Shown here piece after piece: positions 62,101-64,000 of a stretch of 64,000 nucleotides of DNA. Each line of letters begins with the position of its first letter. The stretch's first letter is position 1. The position numbers were made by a program, and so were the translations under genes. The notes under the pieces were generated by a model. The model ran no database searches. It saw nothing but the letters and a program-made list of their open reading frames with translations, and was not told where the DNA came from. The stretch is from Magallana gigas (lineage: Eukaryota): the NCBI RefSeq assembly GCF_963853765.1, contig NC_088857.1, positions 56,544,001 through 56,608,000 on the forward strand. Direction: 5' to 3'.

Positions 62101-63359
62101 TTCTTGTCCTCCTCTCGGATCTCCACCTGCCAGTAGCCTGACTTTAAGTCTAACTTACTGAAATAAGTAGCCCCGTCTAACCTGTCTAGCGTGTCCTCAA
62201 TCCTAGGTAAAGTGTAGGCGTCCTTGATTGTCCTGTTATTTAACTTACGCAAATCGATACAAAACCTTAAGGACCCATCCGCCTTACGGCACAAAACAAC
62301 ATTGGAGCAATATGGACTACTGGACTTTCTAATAGCGCCAGCCTCTAACATCTCACGTAAATTTTGTCTTACCTCTTCAATCATTCCCGGGGGAATTCGC
62401 CTGTATGGTTCTCTGAAGGGTACAACTGTCGTTAAGTGTATCTCGTGTTTCACCACATCCGTCCGCCCGAGATCGGTCGGGGATGTAGAAAACAACCCAC
62501 GCCATTTCTCTAAAACACCATATACCTCCTTACACTGCTCTGTAGAAAGATTATCTGTATTTACCTTCACTCCTAAATCTGTTAAGGGTTTGTGATCTTT
62601 CGTCTTGTCAGTAGTCGGTGTTTCCGGATTCCAAGTATCCATTACTCTAACCTGACTTACCTGACACAAATTTGTTTTCGGCAGAATCTTTATAGCACTT
62701 GCCGATATATTACATACCTTAACGTTGACCCTTTTGTTTCTACCTGCATTCTTCATGGATAATAGCCCTGGACAAACTATCACTCCTTGTTGCCCATTTT
62801 CAGACTGTTCTGTTAACACTGACTCTACAGAGGAATCTACATTACGAACAATACCTCTAATGTACTTAACTTCATTAGGTTCTAACTTAATAGGAAATCT
62901 GTTCGTAGTTTTTACAGGTAAACAACAGTTCAAATTCAAATTTTCAATTGCACTTTTCCAAGCACTGTCGGACATATCTGAAAATTCTTTACAATATCGA
63001 ATTACATTGGTACCCACAATGACAGGGATCTTAGAACTGTAGTCTGAAGTCTTTGTCACTAGAACTGGGACAAAAAGTGGTTCTTGGAGAAATGGTAGCT
63101 TAACAGAAGCCTCAATATAACCAAGAAATGGTAACTCACTGCCATTTGCGCCGTATACATTCAGCTGAAATTCTGAAATGTTATGTAATTCAGGCTTGTT
63201 AGTCAGAGAATTATAAAACTCTTCTGATACCGTAGTAACCATAGATCCACTATCTATGAGACCAATAACCTCTTTTTCACAAAAATTAACAGTACTTGTA
63301 TTTGATGGACCAACCATTCTCTGTTCTAAAGTTGTAGGGCACTTACTTTTCTCTTCCAT
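62082..63359 (-). CDS. pol: Gypsy pol, N-terminal part (aspartic protease and RT start); separated from the rest of pol by a 1-nt frameshift near 62100
   Basis: LIDSGSMVTT, PYCSNVVLCRKADGSLRFCIDLRKLN, FSKLDLKSGYWQV; similarity continues in a different frame after EEDK. Confidence 0.93.
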   Translation of the reverse strand: MEEKSKCPTTLEQRMVGPSNTSTVNFCEKEVIGLIDSGSMVTTVSEEFYNSLTNKPELHNISEFQLNVYGANGSELPFLGYIEASVKLPFLQEPLFVPVLVTKTSDYSSKIPVIVGTNVIRYCKEFSDMSDSAWKSAIENLNLNCCLPVKTTNRFPIKLEPNEVKYIRGIVRNVDSSVESVLTEQSENGQQGVIVCPGLLSMKNAGRNKRVNVKVCNISASAIKILPKTNLCQVSQVRVMDTWNPETPTTDKTKDHKPLTDLGVKVNTDNLSTEQCKEVYGVLEKWRGLFSTSPTDLGRTDVVKHEIHLTTVVPFREPYRRIPPGMIEEVRQNLREMLEAGAIRKSSSPYCSNVVLCRKADGSLRFCIDLRKLNNRTIKDAYTLPRIEDTLDRLDGATYFSKLDLKSGYWQVEIREEDKKRRRSR

Positions 63360-63379
63360 TTGCCCTGCAGTGGAAGAGA

Positions 63380-64000
63380 CTACTCTTTTGGGTCACTCCT
63401 GATTTTGTCTTCAAATGGTTTCTTGAAATACCTACCTCTGTTGTTTCCTCTGTTGTACGAATGCCCCCTCCGAAATGCTCGTCCTCTGCCATAAAACTGA
63501 GTGTTTGGAGGAGATAATTCATTACTTTGATTATGCATTAGTTCTACTTTCTCTAACCTTTTTTCAATACTTTGTAGTGTCTTGAGTAACTCCTCGTTAG
63601 TTGTAGACTCTTTCTCTACTCTTGCTGTACCAAGGTTCTGATGAGCTGTCGACTTTTCGCTGGCCTTACTGCTGCATAGTTCCTCCTGTTCAATCTTTCT
63701 GATTTCTTTAAGTAAACTCTGAAAATCTTTCACAGAATCAAAAAGATACCTAGTTGCACTTCTCAAAGGTTTGCTTTTAAGACCTGTCCAAAATTTACTA
63801 CACAAGATAGATTCTTTTGCAGCATCACTGATATGACCTTGTTTGATAGCTTTACACAACGTTGACTCTAATCTTGAACCATATTGAACAATAGACGCTG
63901 TGTCCTTTTGACAATCATTATAAAAGCCCTGCATTAAAGTTTCACTGCTACTGACTAAGCCGTAAAAACCTTCAAGTTTAGCTAAGACCTTATCTACCGT
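63380..64000 (-). CDS. gag: Gypsy gag, C-terminal part (5' truncated by the window; PNMA-like, no CCHC knuckle)
   Basis: The frame is open from the window edge (TVDKVLAKLEGFYGLVSSSETLMQGFY...) to TAG at 63380, and ends in an RGR/RG-rich basic tail. Confidence 0.88.
   Translation of the reverse strand, partial: TVDKVLAKLEGFYGLVSSSETLMQGFYNDCQKDTASIVQYGSRLESTLCKAIKQGHISDAAKESILCSKFWTGLKSKPLRSATRYLFDSVKDFQSLLKEIRKIEQEELCSSKASEKSTAHQNLGTARVEKESTTNEELLKTLQSIEKRLEKVELMHNQSNELSPPNTQFYGRGRAFRRGHSYNRGNNRGRYFKKPFEDKIRSDPKE

Larger units (their letters stand above)
58330..64000 (-). mobile_element. Ty3/Gypsy LTR retrotransposon; 5' part runs beyond the window
   Basis: gag, protease (LIDSGS), RT (FLDD), RNase H (VDASSDGLGAVL), integrase (HHCC, DDE) in Gypsy order, followed by PPT and 3' LTR. 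Confidence 0.97.

Noticed and set aside
59483-62595. Plus-strand ORFs antisense to Gypsy pol (60-123 aa)
   Set aside because: Expected shadow ORFs opposite a long coding frame, with no motifs.

Overview
AT-rich eukaryotic genomic DNA, probably from a bivalve mollusc (oyster-like; inferred from the repeat families, not provable here), with one 132-N gap. Reading the sequence by hand for GT-AG introns with matching phases gives eight multi-exon genes. All are on the + strand, all encode secreted or single-pass membrane proteins, and most are invisible or fragmented in the ORF track. They are: (1) three tandem paralogs of a small single-pass membrane protein carrying an invariant PPPYPGK-x8-LPSY double PY motif; (2) a ~997-aa FN3-CUB-FN3-CUB-mucin-SEA-like-EGF-like transmembrane protein; (3) a 184-aa secreted protein whose coiled coil is built from 21-23 nt micro-exons of one heptad each; (4) three paralogs of a ~60-aa secreted 8-cysteine peptide with a YCGGC motif, from no family I recognise. 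Repeats include Helentron-type non-autonomous elements, TTAA-flanked Kolobok-like MITEs, other TIR elements, three Penelope-like (Naiad-type) RT fragments, several local duplications, and a nearly intact Ty3/Gypsy LTR retrotransposon on the - strand running off the right edge. All gene models are manual predictions without transcript or database support.
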